A stretch of DNA of 64,000 bases from a virus. Its lineage: Duplodnaviria; Caudoviricetes. Shown here piece by piece: positions 18,505-28,251 of this stretch. The notes below the pieces were generated by a model that was not told where the DNA came from, ran no database searches, and saw nothing but the letters and a program-made list of their open reading frames with translations. Position 1 is the first letter of the stretch. Every line of letters starts with the position of its first letter. The position numbers and the translations under genes are program-made. Location of the stretch: IMG/VR virus record IMGVR_UViG_3300034073_005177, positions 1,224 through 65,223 of that record; one strand, given 5' to 3'.

Positions 18505-19357
18505 AATTATTAAATCCCCAATGTGAAGAGTTCAATTGATTAATTTTTTCTTGAGAATCTTCGGGATGTTTAAAGTTTTTTATTATTTTTAAAGATGAAT
18601 CTTTTATTTTTTTATAATCTTTGTAACTTTGAATTATCTCGGTATCCGACATATGCTCGAATCTATTTTTTCTTTGTTGCGCAAAACTGTAGGCTTCTTC
18701 TGTTTTTTTCCAAAAGTCAATTAGTCTTTCTTTCGTAAAGAAAGTCGCATCATAATTTGTTGGTATGATATTTTCGTCTGAAACTACAAAAGTTTCATGA
18801 GGCGACGATATCTCTGCTCGACACCAACTTTTTATATCGCCCACTTTATATTCTATATTTTTTGATTTCAAGCTATCAATATTCAAGGCGTATATGTCTT
18901 CTGAACTTGTATTAACACCAACTCTATCGAAGGTTACAACGTTTGCTCTTCTAAAAATTAATTTGTCGACCTTTTTTTCAAAAAGACTTTTAATCTCACT
19001 TACTCTTTCTTTTCTAAAAACGTTGTCAGCGTCAAATTTAAGGAACCACCCGGTTTTACACGAATCGAGGGCACTTTGAACTATATTTCTTATTTCTGAA
19101 TATGTTTGATTTTTTTGTAACTTCCAATTTTCGTCTATTACAAATTCGATATTGCAATATGACTCAACTTGTTTTTTTAATTTAGATATATTTTCGTAAG
19201 AAATTTCTTCAAACTGTCTAAATTCGGGCCGGTCTTCTTTTGCCGCAGCATAATTTATAATTATTTTATCAGCAAAATGAGAAACAGACTTTAACGACTC
19301 GATGTATGGATACATCAATTTATCAGGTTCAGCTAAAACACAAAATGCGGTTATCAT
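18497..19357 (-). CDS. Glycosyltransferase, GT-A (GT2-like)
   Basis: YPYIESLKS...FADKIII and the DxD motif WFLKFDADNVF; similar to the GT2 half of the 37651-39612 protein. Confidence 0.7.
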   Translation of the reverse strand: MITAFCVLAEPDKLMYPYIESLKSVSHFADKIIINYAAAKEDRPEFRQFEEISYENISKLKKQVESYCNIEFVIDENWKLQKNQTYSEIRNIVQSALDSCKTGWFLKFDADNVFRKERVSEIKSLFEKKVDKLIFRRANVVTFDRVGVNTSSEDIYALNIDSLKSKNIEYKVGDIKSWCRAEISSPHETFVVSDENIIPTNYDATFFTKERLIDFWKKTEEAYSFAQQRKNRFEHMSDTEIIQSYKDYKKIKDSSLKIIKNFKHPEDSQEKINQLNSSHWGFNNFA

Positions 19358-20178
19358 TTTTTATTGAAAAAATTTTTAATTGTTTCTTGTGACAACGGAT
19401 TCGATATTTCTCTTTCTATACTACGTTTATACGCACAAGGATAATTTCTGTCGATAAACGTTTTTTCAATAGCATTATCAAATCGAGTCGAAGCAGAAAA
19501 TCTAAATTTACTATTTTTAATATTTGTTTTCGTTCTATGCACAGTAAAAGTTGAAAAGATCAAGGCGTCACCCGGACTACAGACGACATCAAGTATGTTT
19601 TTTTCCTCTTCTTGGGTTAACTTTATAATGCTTCCTTTTTTTTCAATAACGGATTCTCGAAGACCGTCTAAATGAGATCGCGGCAATATCTGTATAGGAT
19701 AGCTTAAATCATTAACTTCTGTGAAAGGAATCCAGACGACTAAAGAATCTAAGCTACCTTGGATCGAAGGCCAATCTTGGTGCGCTTTTATACCAGCGGC
19801 CTCTCCTTCGATTAAGAGATCTTCGCACGTTACATGAGTAACGGGCTGCGTAGGTTGAGTTGGCACTTTTACCCCTAATCGTTTAACGAAGCTTAACAAC
19901 TCTTCTTTTAAGAATAACGACTGTAGTCGAGCAGACTTCGAAAAAGTTCTTAAAATTTGAAGATATGTATTTGGGTCTTTAGCAAATACAGCTCTAAGAG
20001 TTAGCTCTAGGTCTATATATTTTTTATCAATTACTTCATTACAGATTTGTATAAGCTCTTGTTTACAGCTTTCTATATCTTCATTTTTGAATACGTCTTT
20101 AACTATTATAAATCCATTTTCAAGATATGAGTCTGGAATTAAAGACATAGTTGCGGCGTCGGTTGTGTGTCTATCCAC
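19354..20178 (-). CDS. PhyH-family 2OG-Fe(II) dioxygenase
   Basis: ENGFIIVKDVF, AHQDW, VVWIPF, LPRSH, PGDALIFSTFTVH...R. Confidence 0.85.
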   Translation of the reverse strand: MDRHTTDAATMSLIPDSYLENGFIIVKDVFKNEDIESCKQELIQICNEVIDKKYIDLELTLRAVFAKDPNTYLQILRTFSKSARLQSLFLKEELLSFVKRLGVKVPTQPTQPVTHVTCEDLLIEGEAAGIKAHQDWPSIQGSLDSLVVWIPFTEVNDLSYPIQILPRSHLDGLRESVIEKKGSIIKLTQEEEKNILDVVCSPGDALIFSTFTVHRTKTNIKNSKFRFSASTRFDNAIEKTFIDRNYPCAYKRSIEREISNPLSQETIKNFFNKK

Positions 20179-21071
20179 TTTGCTAATCCAATTCCTGTTT
20201 TTCCAAATCCATTTCCATTATAAAACATGTAGAGATCTTTGTTATCTTTAATCACGCAAGGGTATGCCACCATTTCGCTATCCCAACCCGTCGTAGAAAT
20301 GTCTAATTCAAAATTTGGGTTCGGTTGTCTTGTCCAGTTTATTCCATCAAGTGATGAAGCATATTTCACGCGATATGAATTACTTTTATTATTCCTGAAA
20401 TCTACTTGATTTCTTACTGAAAACCACATATGATATGTACCGTTATTTCCCTTAACGACTGAAGCTTGCGAAATACCTCCTTCATCTTTTTCAAGTTGAA
20501 TGCAAGTGATATTTGTTGGTTCCCAATCAACGCCATTTTTTGATATAGCGTATTTGATATCATATATGGGCTCAATTTTATTTTCTACTTCTATCCACCT
20601 TCTACAAGAAAGATACCATCCTTTAAAAAAACCTTCATCGAATAAAACAAAAATTGTGCCGATGTAACCAGGTTCTTTATAAGAAGTTGAAAAAATAGGG
20701 CCTTCAGAAAATTTTTGAAAAGTTTTACCGTTGTCTTTAGAGATCATTAATCCGAGATTGTTGTGGTATGGCACATCTTTTCTGATTGACCATCCAATGT
20801 AATAGAGAAAAATCGTAGATTGTTCTGGCTGTATCAGCGCTGTAGGCATTACACCCGCCCAATCGAACGTTCCTCTTTCTCCAAGTTTAACAAGAGGCGC
20901 TTCAAATTTAGAGATTATTCGTTGATCTTCTTTCGAAACTAGAAAAGAGCTAGGAACGCTTTTTCCTTCTACGCGATTTGAATAAAATATTCTCCATCTG
21001 TCACCGATGTCTTGCACAACTGGTACTTGCGCGTGGTGAAAACTATAGATATTTTTAATTTTTTTCCACAT
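20139..21071 (-). CDS. Five-bladed beta-propeller glycosidase/phosphorylase-like protein
   Basis: Repeated blades LYYIGW, SKDNGKTF, YAISKNGVDW, YASSLDGINW, YPCV, MFYNGNGFG. Confidence 0.75.
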   Translation of the reverse strand: MWKKIKNIYSFHHAQVPVVQDIGDRWRIFYSNRVEGKSVPSSFLVSKEDQRIISKFEAPLVKLGERGTFDWAGVMPTALIQPEQSTIFLYYIGWSIRKDVPYHNNLGLMISKDNGKTFQKFSEGPIFSTSYKEPGYIGTIFVLFDEGFFKGWYLSCRRWIEVENKIEPIYDIKYAISKNGVDWEPTNITCIQLEKDEGGISQASVVKGNNGTYHMWFSVRNQVDFRNNKSNSYRVKYASSLDGINWTRQPNPNFELDISTTGWDSEMVAYPCVIKDNKDLYMFYNGNGFGKTGIGLAKWIDTQPTPQLCL

Positions 21072-21146
21072 TTACTCGTTCGATTCAACAATAATTTTCT
21101 CAATCATCAAAAATTTGTCCGCCGCAGCATAAATTGATTTTTTCAT
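21072..21146 (-). CDS. 24-aa micro-ORF MKKSIYAAADKFLMIEKIIVESNE, possibly a gene remnant
   Basis: Fills the gap between two genes; AAAGG upstream; its TAA directly abuts the next ATG. Confidence 0.4.
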   Translation of the reverse strand: MKKSIYAAADKFLMIEKIIVESNE

Positions 21147-21160
21147 AAAATTGCCTTTAA

Positions 21161-21757
21161 TCAAATTTTTTGAAGAATCCAAGTGCTGGCATCTTTAGCT
21201 TCTCCCGGCAAGTTTTCTACAATTTTTATTGTTTCCTTGTTCTTTAAAAATTTATGAACGTTTTCTTCAGTAAACGAACAAATATCCGTATTCGAAGTTT
21301 CATGTCCATATGAAAAACCGAGGGCAATAATACCTCCAGATTTTAAACAGCGAATCCATTCATCTAAGGTTTTTGTAGACTCGTTGCTATGATCGATGCT
21401 ATTTGAATAAATAATGTCCCAACGATCTTGCCATTCTTGAGGTAAACTCGTAAAATCTAAGGTGTAATCTGCTTTTGCTAGAGGACTTATATCGACTGAT
21501 TTGACAATGAATGAAGGGAAAAAACTTGCGAAGCAATCTCTTTCATGATTGTTTCGCGTTCCCAAACATAACATTTCTTGTTTTTTATTTTCGATACCCA
21601 GAAAGTGTTTTTTTATTCCATCAGCGACTATTTCATAGGCGCTTTTTGTTTGTTTTACATTCACTTTTTCCGCGTGACGGTCTATTTGTAACTGCGCGTA
21701 ATCTTTGCTTCTTATACCCGAAGTGTGATTTTTCGTTTCAAGAGTTAGTATTTTCAT
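21161..21757 (-). CDS. Class I SAM-dependent methyltransferase
   Basis: MLCLGTR, SVDIS, WDIIYSNSIDH, RCLKSGG. Confidence 0.8.
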   Translation of the reverse strand: MKILTLETKNHTSGIRSKDYAQLQIDRHAEKVNVKQTKSAYEIVADGIKKHFLGIENKKQEMLCLGTRNNHERDCFASFFPSFIVKSVDISPLAKADYTLDFTSLPQEWQDRWDIIYSNSIDHSNESTKTLDEWIRCLKSGGIIALGFSYGHETSNTDICSFTEENVHKFLKNKETIKIVENLPGEAKDASTWILQKI

Positions 21758-21758
21758 T

Positions 21759-22445
21759 TTAATAAACCTCTATTGAAGACTTTTCTTGTTTCTTTGCAGG
21801 ATTGCCCAGATAAAATCCAAATTTTTCTGTGTTTTTAGTTAACACAGACCCCATTGCGAGTAACGTGGATTCTTCTAATATAATAGCATTTCTTAGAGTC
21901 GCGTTAACACCAATCCAACAATTGTTTTTTATATGGCAGTGTCCAGACATAACCACATGAGAAGTAAAAAAAACGTGATCATCTATTTTTCCGTGATGAC
22001 CAATATGATTACCACTCCAAAGAATGACATTGTCTCCAATGTCTGTAAATGGTTGTAAAGTATTATCTTCAAGTATGAAGCAATTTTCACCAATTCTGTT
22101 GTTAAAAACGCTAGCTTTACTGGAAATGTACGTCGCGTGCGTGTAACCTTTTCTTTTTCCTTGCAAGAAAATGTTTTCTCGAATGGTGTTCATTTTGTTC
22201 CCCGTCATCGGGGAAAACAATAAAAATTCGCTGGGTGGGTATTTTTTTTCCAAATTTTCAAATGGAACTACGGGGTATTCTTTTGTAGACCCGCGGGGAA
22301 TGAACAATTCAGACTTGATGTAATCTTGAGTTAGCGTAAAAGCTTCCACTTTTAGATCAGAATCTGATTCAAGATAATAATGAGCTAGTTCAGCTGTGTC
22401 AGCTGTACCAAATATGACTACACGCTTTTGCATAGCAATTATCAA
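21759..22445 (-). CDS. Sugar N/O-acetyltransferase (PglD/NeuD-type hexapeptide repeat)
   Basis: VVIFG Rossmann-like N-terminus; IGENCFI/IGDNVIL/IGHHGKI hexapeptide repeats; GNPAK. Probable ATG at 22433. Confidence 0.88.
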   Translation of the reverse strand: MIIAMQKRVVIFGTADTAELAHYYLESDSDLKVEAFTLTQDYIKSELFIPRGSTKEYPVVPFENLEKKYPPSEFLLFSPMTGNKMNTIRENIFLQGKRKGYTHATYISSKASVFNNRIGENCFILEDNTLQPFTDIGDNVILWSGNHIGHHGKIDDHVFFTSHVVMSGHCHIKNNCWIGVNATLRNAIILEESTLLAMGSVLTKNTEKFGFYLGNPAKKQEKSSIEVY

Positions 22446-23134
22446 AATAAACTATAATTCGATATTTGTTCTATTAAGAGCTGTTTAGGATATGTAAATA
22501 ACTGATGTAAGATTGAAAGATAAGGATTTTCTAATTCTAGATTTCCCATCTTAATAAACTTGAGTGTGATATCGTGCTTGTGAAAGTTTTCTTTTGAATA
22601 TAACGTTTGACCGCCAGGGGCATTGATGTATGTAGTTCCGTCAAGTTTTTTGGTTATATCGATTAAGGAGTCTTCTGCTTTCAATCCGTTCGCAAAAGCA
22701 TCAGACGTGTCAAGAATATTGGTTTCTATATTCAAGTAATTGCAAATACGCTTTATTATTTCAAGATTAAATTGAGAGATCGTTACTGGTCTTTCGTAGA
22801 CTTCAGGTAGGACAATTTCCTGCATTACCGTATTATAGTTTTTAGATTTTGAATACAGAAACTTCAGCGTTTTTGTAAGACTGTTGGTGTAGCCATGCTC
22901 AAAATTTACTGTGGTTTTATTGCATGCTAGATTTTGTGTTCCCTTATTGACCTGCACGTTTATTGCTGTGTTATTTTTCAGCATATTTCTTGTCATATAG
23001 CTTCTTTTCATAAAGCTAACATGATCTAAGTTAACATAAACGTCGGCCGCGTGGATGAGTTGAAAATATCCAATATACGGAAAAAAATAAGGTTGCATAA
23101 TTGCGATAGATTTATTTTTTTTCATCGAGGCCAC
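22442..23134 (-). CDS. wbqC: WbqC-family protein (putative glycyltransferase)
   Basis: AIMQPYFFPYIGYFQLI, YINAPGGQTLY, LSILHQLF. Confidence 0.9.
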   Translation of the reverse strand: MASMKKNKSIAIMQPYFFPYIGYFQLIHAADVYVNLDHVSFMKRSYMTRNMLKNNTAINVQVNKGTQNLACNKTTVNFEHGYTNSLTKTLKFLYSKSKNYNTVMQEIVLPEVYERPVTISQFNLEIIKRICNYLNIETNILDTSDAFANGLKAEDSLIDITKKLDGTTYINAPGGQTLYSKENFHKHDITLKFIKMGNLELENPYLSILHQLFTYPKQLLIEQISNYSLF

Positions 23135-24161
23135 GCTTTATCTCATAAGAAACCTTGCAAATCATTTCTATTTCATAATCCGTTAATCCATCATTCAATG
23201 GAAGATTAATAATTCTAGAAAAAATATCTTTAGAATTTTTTAAAGGTGCCAGAGGTCTATAGTATTTGTTGGCTTCAATTCCTAGGTTTCTATAACTAGA
23301 GAAATCAACTGGCTTATTGAACAACACTGGGACGTTTCCAAGAACGTATTCTACGCCATCATTATTGATATTGAATACTTGTAAGTCTATATCTAAAAGA
23401 TTTTTTATTAGAGCGTTTTGGATCTCTATATGCTTTCGTACGTCGTAGCTTTCTACTTGCGTATAGCAATAAGCAGCTGCGATTTCCGACATTTTAAAGT
23501 TTGAAGAAAGACCATGGTGTACTCTTTGAGATGTAAAGCCAAAGTTTGCAATGCTATTTAACGCTTCATAATCTTCTACGTCAACAACAGCGAATCCTCC
23601 CTCACCGAACCCGAAATACTTTGTGTGATGTAGACTTCCAAAGCTTGCATTTCCATAAGCACAAATGTTTTTTCCATTTAAGCTTGTCATTGGAGAACTA
23701 GCATTGTCGAATATGAGTATCTTGTTCTCTTTTTTGCAATAGTCTTCCCATTCTTCTATTGCATTACAGGTTCCAAATAAATTGGTTATTATTACGCCGT
23801 CAGCTTTTTTTACTTTTGGATCCGATGAACTAATCGTATATGTTTGATTATCAATATCTGTTATTTTTGCTGAGAAGCCTCCAACGACCGGCGCGGGGAA
23901 TGTAAACGCGGGTGTTATCCATTTTAGTTTTTTGTTATTTTTTCTTTCGAATAAATACATTAAAGTATGACAAGCAGCTGTTCCATTCGATAAACAAACT
24001 ACTGCTTTATTAGTAGGTAGATTAAGTTTAATATGTAAAAGTTTTTCTAAGTCCTTTTTTACTGGACCATCATTCGTAAATTGATTTAACTCAACTGATT
24101 TCTTAAGAAGTTCTGATATTCTGCTTTCGCGAATCTTTTTCTTTTGTATGTAGTTAATCAT
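23112..24161 (-). CDS. DegT/DnrJ/EryC1/StrS sugar aminotransferase (VioA-like)
   Basis: TNDGP, SNGTAA, PAFTFPA, IFDNAS, SLHHTKYFGFGEGG with the PLP lysine, NFKMSEIAAA. Confidence 0.9.
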   Translation of the reverse strand: MINYIQKKKIRESRISELLKKSVELNQFTNDGPVKKDLEKLLHIKLNLPTNKAVVCLSNGTAACHTLMYLFERKNNKKLKWITPAFTFPAPVVGGFSAKITDIDNQTYTISSSDPKVKKADGVIITNLFGTCNAIEEWEDYCKKENKILIFDNASSPMTSLNGKNICAYGNASFGSLHHTKYFGFGEGGFAVVDVEDYEALNSIANFGFTSQRVHHGLSSNFKMSEIAAAYCYTQVESYDVRKHIEIQNALIKNLLDIDLQVFNINNDGVEYVLGNVPVLFNKPVDFSSYRNLGIEANKYYRPLAPLKNSKDIFSRIINLPLNDGLTDYEIEMICKVSYEIKRGLDEKK

Positions 24162-24789
24162 TTCTAATCAAAGTGATTATATACAATTGCGGACGCTCTG
24201 GCCATAAAAACACGGTTTTTATTTTTTCTACTTTATAATTTACAAGATAAGGTATTTCTTTTTCGACGACTTCTTTTAAATTATTTTGATTAGTATAGCC
24301 AAATTCTGGATTAAGCAAAATTGAATCCCAAAATAAATTCACGTTTTGATCAAGTAATAAATCGTCGTGCCAATAGCAAGAATATAAAAAGTTGGTTGGT
24401 TTATATGCAAACTCGAGCTCACCGTGACGTAACCAGCCAACTTTATAGTCTTTAAAACGCCAATGGTCACCTAAGCCCCAATCAATAAGAGCATATCCAC
24501 GCTCTGTTAGGTGATTTTTGCATTTTTTGATGAAGGCTTTTGGATCTTTTGAAAAATATGGACATCTCGTACTAACGATTAAATCATACTTTTGATCTAA
24601 TGTCCAATCGCTATTGATGTCCCAATTTCCTAAACTCAAATCATAAAAGCTTTTTGTTTTTGCTACAATAGATTTTGTTAAATCATTTTCTTGAGAAAAT
24701 CCTAAAAATGCGACAGAATTAATTTGCGACTTAATATTGCTAAGAACGCTTTTATACTCGTTAAAAATAATAGAATCAGACTTGCCCAT
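24154..24789 (-). CDS. Methyltransferase-fold protein
   Basis: VAFLG, WDIN, KYDLIVSTRCPYF, HLTERG resemble a degenerate class I methyltransferase. Confidence 0.55.
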   Translation of the reverse strand: MGKSDSIIFNEYKSVLSNIKSQINSVAFLGFSQENDLTKSIVAKTKSFYDLSLGNWDINSDWTLDQKYDLIVSTRCPYFSKDPKAFIKKCKNHLTERGYALIDWGLGDHWRFKDYKVGWLRHGELEFAYKPTNFLYSCYWHDDLLLDQNVNLFWDSILLNPEFGYTNQNNLKEVVEKEIPYLVNYKVEKIKTVFLWPERPQLYIITLIRND

Positions 24790-24818
24790 TTTTTGTAAGA
24801 ACCAACGTTATATAAACA

Positions 24819-25571
24819 TCACAAAATTTCATCCTTTATTCTTCCTCGTCTACGAATCTCCCTAAGACTATCGTGGTCGTCATTTTCACCTGGAAGTTTT
24901 TTATAATGTGTAGACTTATATTCGATAGAATCTATATTGTCGATTGTTCTGTAGTAATAAGATGCTAATGATATTCTAAATCTATCTTCGGGACAACTTA
25001 GTGGATGCGGATGACCATGATTTGAATTCGTGTCTGTTCTAAAAATTACTGCGCGATTAAATGATGGCGTAATTTTTTTACACAACTTAGTCATGTCTTT
25101 ATCCCATAATTCAAGATGACCGCCCCAAGATTCTTTCCAGTCATCATTCAAGTATAAAATTAAATTAATACTTCGAAGCATTCTAAGATCCCTATGAATA
25201 TTAAAGTCTTCATGGACGTCTAATTTGCCATCTCGTTTGATTAAGTGTAAGCCGCCGCCAAGCAACGCATCATCAGCATGCAATTTTAATCCTGAAAGAT
25301 CAGACAACCAATTTACAAAATGATCAGAATTAATTTCTTTGAAAAACTTTGTAAAAGCGATATCGAGTTTCGTTAGATCATTAAAAGCCAATTTTTTTTC
25401 AAGAGGATTATCATATGACCACCATTTTTGTGCTAGCGGGTCTGGGAAATTATTTTTTAATTCTTTAGCAAAACTTTCTTCTAAAAAATTGTCAAGAATG
25501 ACGTGGTCAAAAGGTTCTTTTTTTTGAAATTCTTTTGACCAATCTTTTTTTTCTTTTAAACAATTTATCAC
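24819..25571 (-). CDS. 2OG-Fe(II) oxygenase (prolyl-hydroxylase-like)
   Basis: PFDHVILDNFL, GGGLH, LDVHEDFN, LILYLN, WGGHLELW, SNHGHP, RISLA. Confidence 0.9.
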   Translation of the reverse strand: MINCLKEKKDWSKEFQKKEPFDHVILDNFLEESFAKELKNNFPDPLAQKWWSYDNPLEKKLAFNDLTKLDIAFTKFFKEINSDHFVNWLSDLSGLKLHADDALLGGGLHLIKRDGKLDVHEDFNIHRDLRMLRSINLILYLNDDWKESWGGHLELWDKDMTKLCKKITPSFNRAVIFRTDTNSNHGHPHPLSCPEDRFRISLASYYYRTIDNIDSIEYKSTHYKKLPGENDDHDSLREIRRRGRIKDEIL

Positions 25572-25626
25572 GGTATAATTTCCTTATAATTTTTGTTTCT
25601 TCGATTAAGAGTATAATTTTAAATGT

Positions 25627-26328
25627 TTATAGATTTTCTATAAATTCAAAATTTACATCATTTTGCACTTTTAACCATGCAGAAAGCTGAGAAGCTAGCT
25701 CAACGCTGAAATAATTTTTGTCCCACTCGCATGCATGATAAACTATTTCTACGGTATCTCCAGATATTAATGGATCAAAAGGAGGATTACAATTGTAATA
25801 AACAACTTTTGGAAATAAATTTTCTGCGCCTTGATACGTCGCTTTGGCGTAATCTTTTGGAGAAAGTGCAAGAGTTTTTATTCCGATTTTTTCTGCCGCA
25901 TTGATCGCGGAAGGGGACATGCGCCACGCCGGCGGTCTAAAAATAGGTTTAAAAACATCTTCTAAATTTGAAAGCTTGACAATATCGAACATATTCGAGA
26001 ATTTATTGAGTGCTTGTTCCTCAGTGAGATATTGAAATTCATCGTTGTCACTTTTACCTGGAATTCCGTGGAATAATCCATGATAACAAATTTCGAAGTT
26101 AGAAGTGGGGAGCTCTTTTATTGTCCTACAAAAATCTGGAAATTGTGTAAGTATTAAGGGCTGCTTTGTTGCCGTACCAGGCTTCATCGTTCTCCAGTAT
26201 GCAACTGGGATGAATAATGAAAATTTAATTTCAGGAAAGATTTGAAGGAGTTCAAAGCATCTATCCAAAACTTTCGTTGAAGATGCTGGGTGCGGTGACA
26301 CATCATCTATGCTAATATTGACTTTCAT
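25627..26328 (-). CDS. Polysaccharide deacetylase (NodB/DUF2334-like)
   Basis: ISIDDVSP, EICYHGLFH, FRPPAW. Confidence 0.8.
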   Translation of the reverse strand: MKVNISIDDVSPHPASSTKVLDRCFELLQIFPEIKFSLFIPVAYWRTMKPGTATKQPLILTQFPDFCRTIKELPTSNFEICYHGLFHGIPGKSDNDEFQYLTEEQALNKFSNMFDIVKLSNLEDVFKPIFRPPAWRMSPSAINAAEKIGIKTLALSPKDYAKATYQGAENLFPKVVYYNCNPPFDPLISGDTVEIVYHACEWDKNYFSVELASQLSAWLKVQNDVNFEFIENL

Positions 26329-27244
26329 ATATGATGTCCTCGAATAAATCTACATATTCTTTTGCCATGTCCTTAGAACTACGTTTAAGAAGCATGCTGT
26401 TCGATAAATTTTCTAATGCTTTCTTTTTTAACTTTAAAGTTTGAATTAAATCTTCAAAATTTTCATATGAAAACCCAAACTCGTTACAGTACTCATTAAT
26501 ACTTCCTCCGTCTTGATGATATAGAACAGGAAGGCTGAGGGCTAAAGCTTCTAAAACATGATTTGCGCCGGCTTCTTGCTTCGAAGCCGTAATATAAACG
26601 TCGCATTTTGAAAGTTCTTTTATAAGTTCATTAACATCTTGCGGGGGTATATGGTTAGTTAAAGTTATATTATCAGGTTTTCTTCCAATAAAAGTAAATT
26701 CTGCGAATCCTGTTTCTTTACAATATTCGTCTAGTTTTTTATATAAGTCGAATCCTTTCATTGGGTTATTAGACCAATGATGAGAAACTATCTTAAGCTT
26801 ATTGTCAAATTTTTTCTTTTCTTTTTTTATGATAAACTGTTGAAGTGGAGCATTGGGGATTACATGACAAACTTTATTTTTGGATGGGCTCATTTTTTGT
26901 TTTGCCCACTCACTTGGAAAAATTAAAATGTCTGAAAATTTTGCAGCTTCGGTCTGTAGGTTGAATAACTCAGGTTTGCCATGAGTTCCCAGATCTCCAA
27001 TTCTTTGTACCAATTTACAGTTTTTTAAACTCGCTTTTTTGTTTATTAATTGACTAAAATTAATTTGTTGGATTGGGCGTGGATCCATGCAAAAGATTAT
27101 ATCGAGATCTGCACAATGATTGATTTCTTCTTCAAAAAAAATTTCATAATTCCTATCACGACATTCATCAGCTATCGCAGATAAGACTTTCGTCCCGCCA
27201 CCCCAAGGTCCAGTGATTGGCTTTCTATTGAATAATATTTTCAT
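26312..27244 (-). CDS. Glycosyltransferase, GT-B (GT4-like)
   Basis: GPWGGG, IFPSEW, KGFD, EAGANHVLEALALSLPV. Confidence 0.85.
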   Translation of the reverse strand: MKILFNRKPITGPWGGGTKVLSAIADECRDRNYEIFFEEEINHCADLDIIFCMDPRPIQQINFSQLINKKASLKNCKLVQRIGDLGTHGKPELFNLQTEAAKFSDILIFPSEWAKQKMSPSKNKVCHVIPNAPLQQFIIKKEKKKFDNKLKIVSHHWSNNPMKGFDLYKKLDEYCKETGFAEFTFIGRKPDNITLTNHIPPQDVNELIKELSKCDVYITASKQEAGANHVLEALALSLPVLYHQDGGSINEYCNEFGFSYENFEDLIQTLKLKKKALENLSNSMLLKRSSKDMAKEYVDLFEDIIYESQY

Positions 27245-28251
27245 TTAACTTTAATCACTTGTTGCTGATATGCGGACATTTTTATCATGTTGATACACAT
27301 ATAGTCAATGTAAGCATTTTGATATGAATATACATTTCCTTTCAAAGCTTCTTCAATCAAAGTTGCAATTGCTGTTTGCTGATCGTCAAAATTTAGATGG
27401 CTATATGGATTTCTCCATTCTATGCCTTTATCTTTTATTGATATTGAGACAGTCATGTTTTCTTTTCTATCAATAGAAACTTCACAAACGTTTATTTTCT
27501 TTGTTGCTTTATCGACATATCTGACATCGACAAACTCATAATCGTTGCCCATTTCTTTCATGCGTCCAGTAACGATTGCACCATCCGTTGAATATGCTCT
27601 AATAAACTGGATTGGTATTGAAAGCAGGCTCTTACAATTGTAGGCAAAGCTGTACTGCAATAAACTACCATCTGACATTTCTACTTGTCCAAGGGTCCAT
27701 TCGTGCGGCGTAGAATTAATTTTTGTAGATGAATCTACAATACCTTCGTTGAAATAAGATTTAACGGATCCTTTTCCAACTACAGGCAATGGGTAATTTG
27801 TGTACGTCCTTAACTGCGCGATTGCATGATAATCAAAAGAACGGCCGTCGTTGAAAGTCAAGTAAGGTCGCGAAATTATTCCTGATTTGTAAATTTCTTT
27901 TTTAAACTGTTCTAGAGGTAGTAGTGGCCACTGTTCCAAAACTCCAACTTTTGGTAAAGAAAGAAGTTTTTGATTTTCGGCCGGAGTTTCTACCAAAACA
28001 GAGCAATTGATTTTTAGTTTTTCTAGAATATCAGGCTGAGCCGCGGGTGGAATAAAGCACAAGACGACATCTGGGTTTATCTGTTCAAGCTCTGAAAAAT
28101 CTTTTATTAAGCTGATACCTTCTTTTTTACAGAAATTTCCCGCTTTTTCTAGAGTTCGATTCCAAAGGAATATCTCGTGTTTAAGTTCTTTTAGTATTGG
28201 AAAATAAACGTTAGTAAATCTTTTTCCACAGCCGAGTACTGCTATTTTCAT
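27241..28251 (-). CDS. Gfo/Idh/MocA-like NAD(P) oxidoreductase
   Basis: MKIAVLGCG Rossmann start, VLVETP (EKP-like), DYHAIAQLR. Confidence 0.7.
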   Translation of the reverse strand: MKIAVLGCGKRFTNVYFPILKELKHEIFLWNRTLEKAGNFCKKEGISLIKDFSELEQINPDVVLCFIPPAAQPDILEKLKINCSVLVETPAENQKLLSLPKVGVLEQWPLLPLEQFKKEIYKSGIISRPYLTFNDGRSFDYHAIAQLRTYTNYPLPVVGKGSVKSYFNEGIVDSSTKINSTPHEWTLGQVEMSDGSLLQYSFAYNCKSLLSIPIQFIRAYSTDGAIVTGRMKEMGNDYEFVDVRYVDKATKKINVCEVSIDRKENMTVSISIKDKGIEWRNPYSHLNFDDQQTAIATLIEEALKGNVYSYQNAYIDYMCINMIKMSAYQQQVIKVK

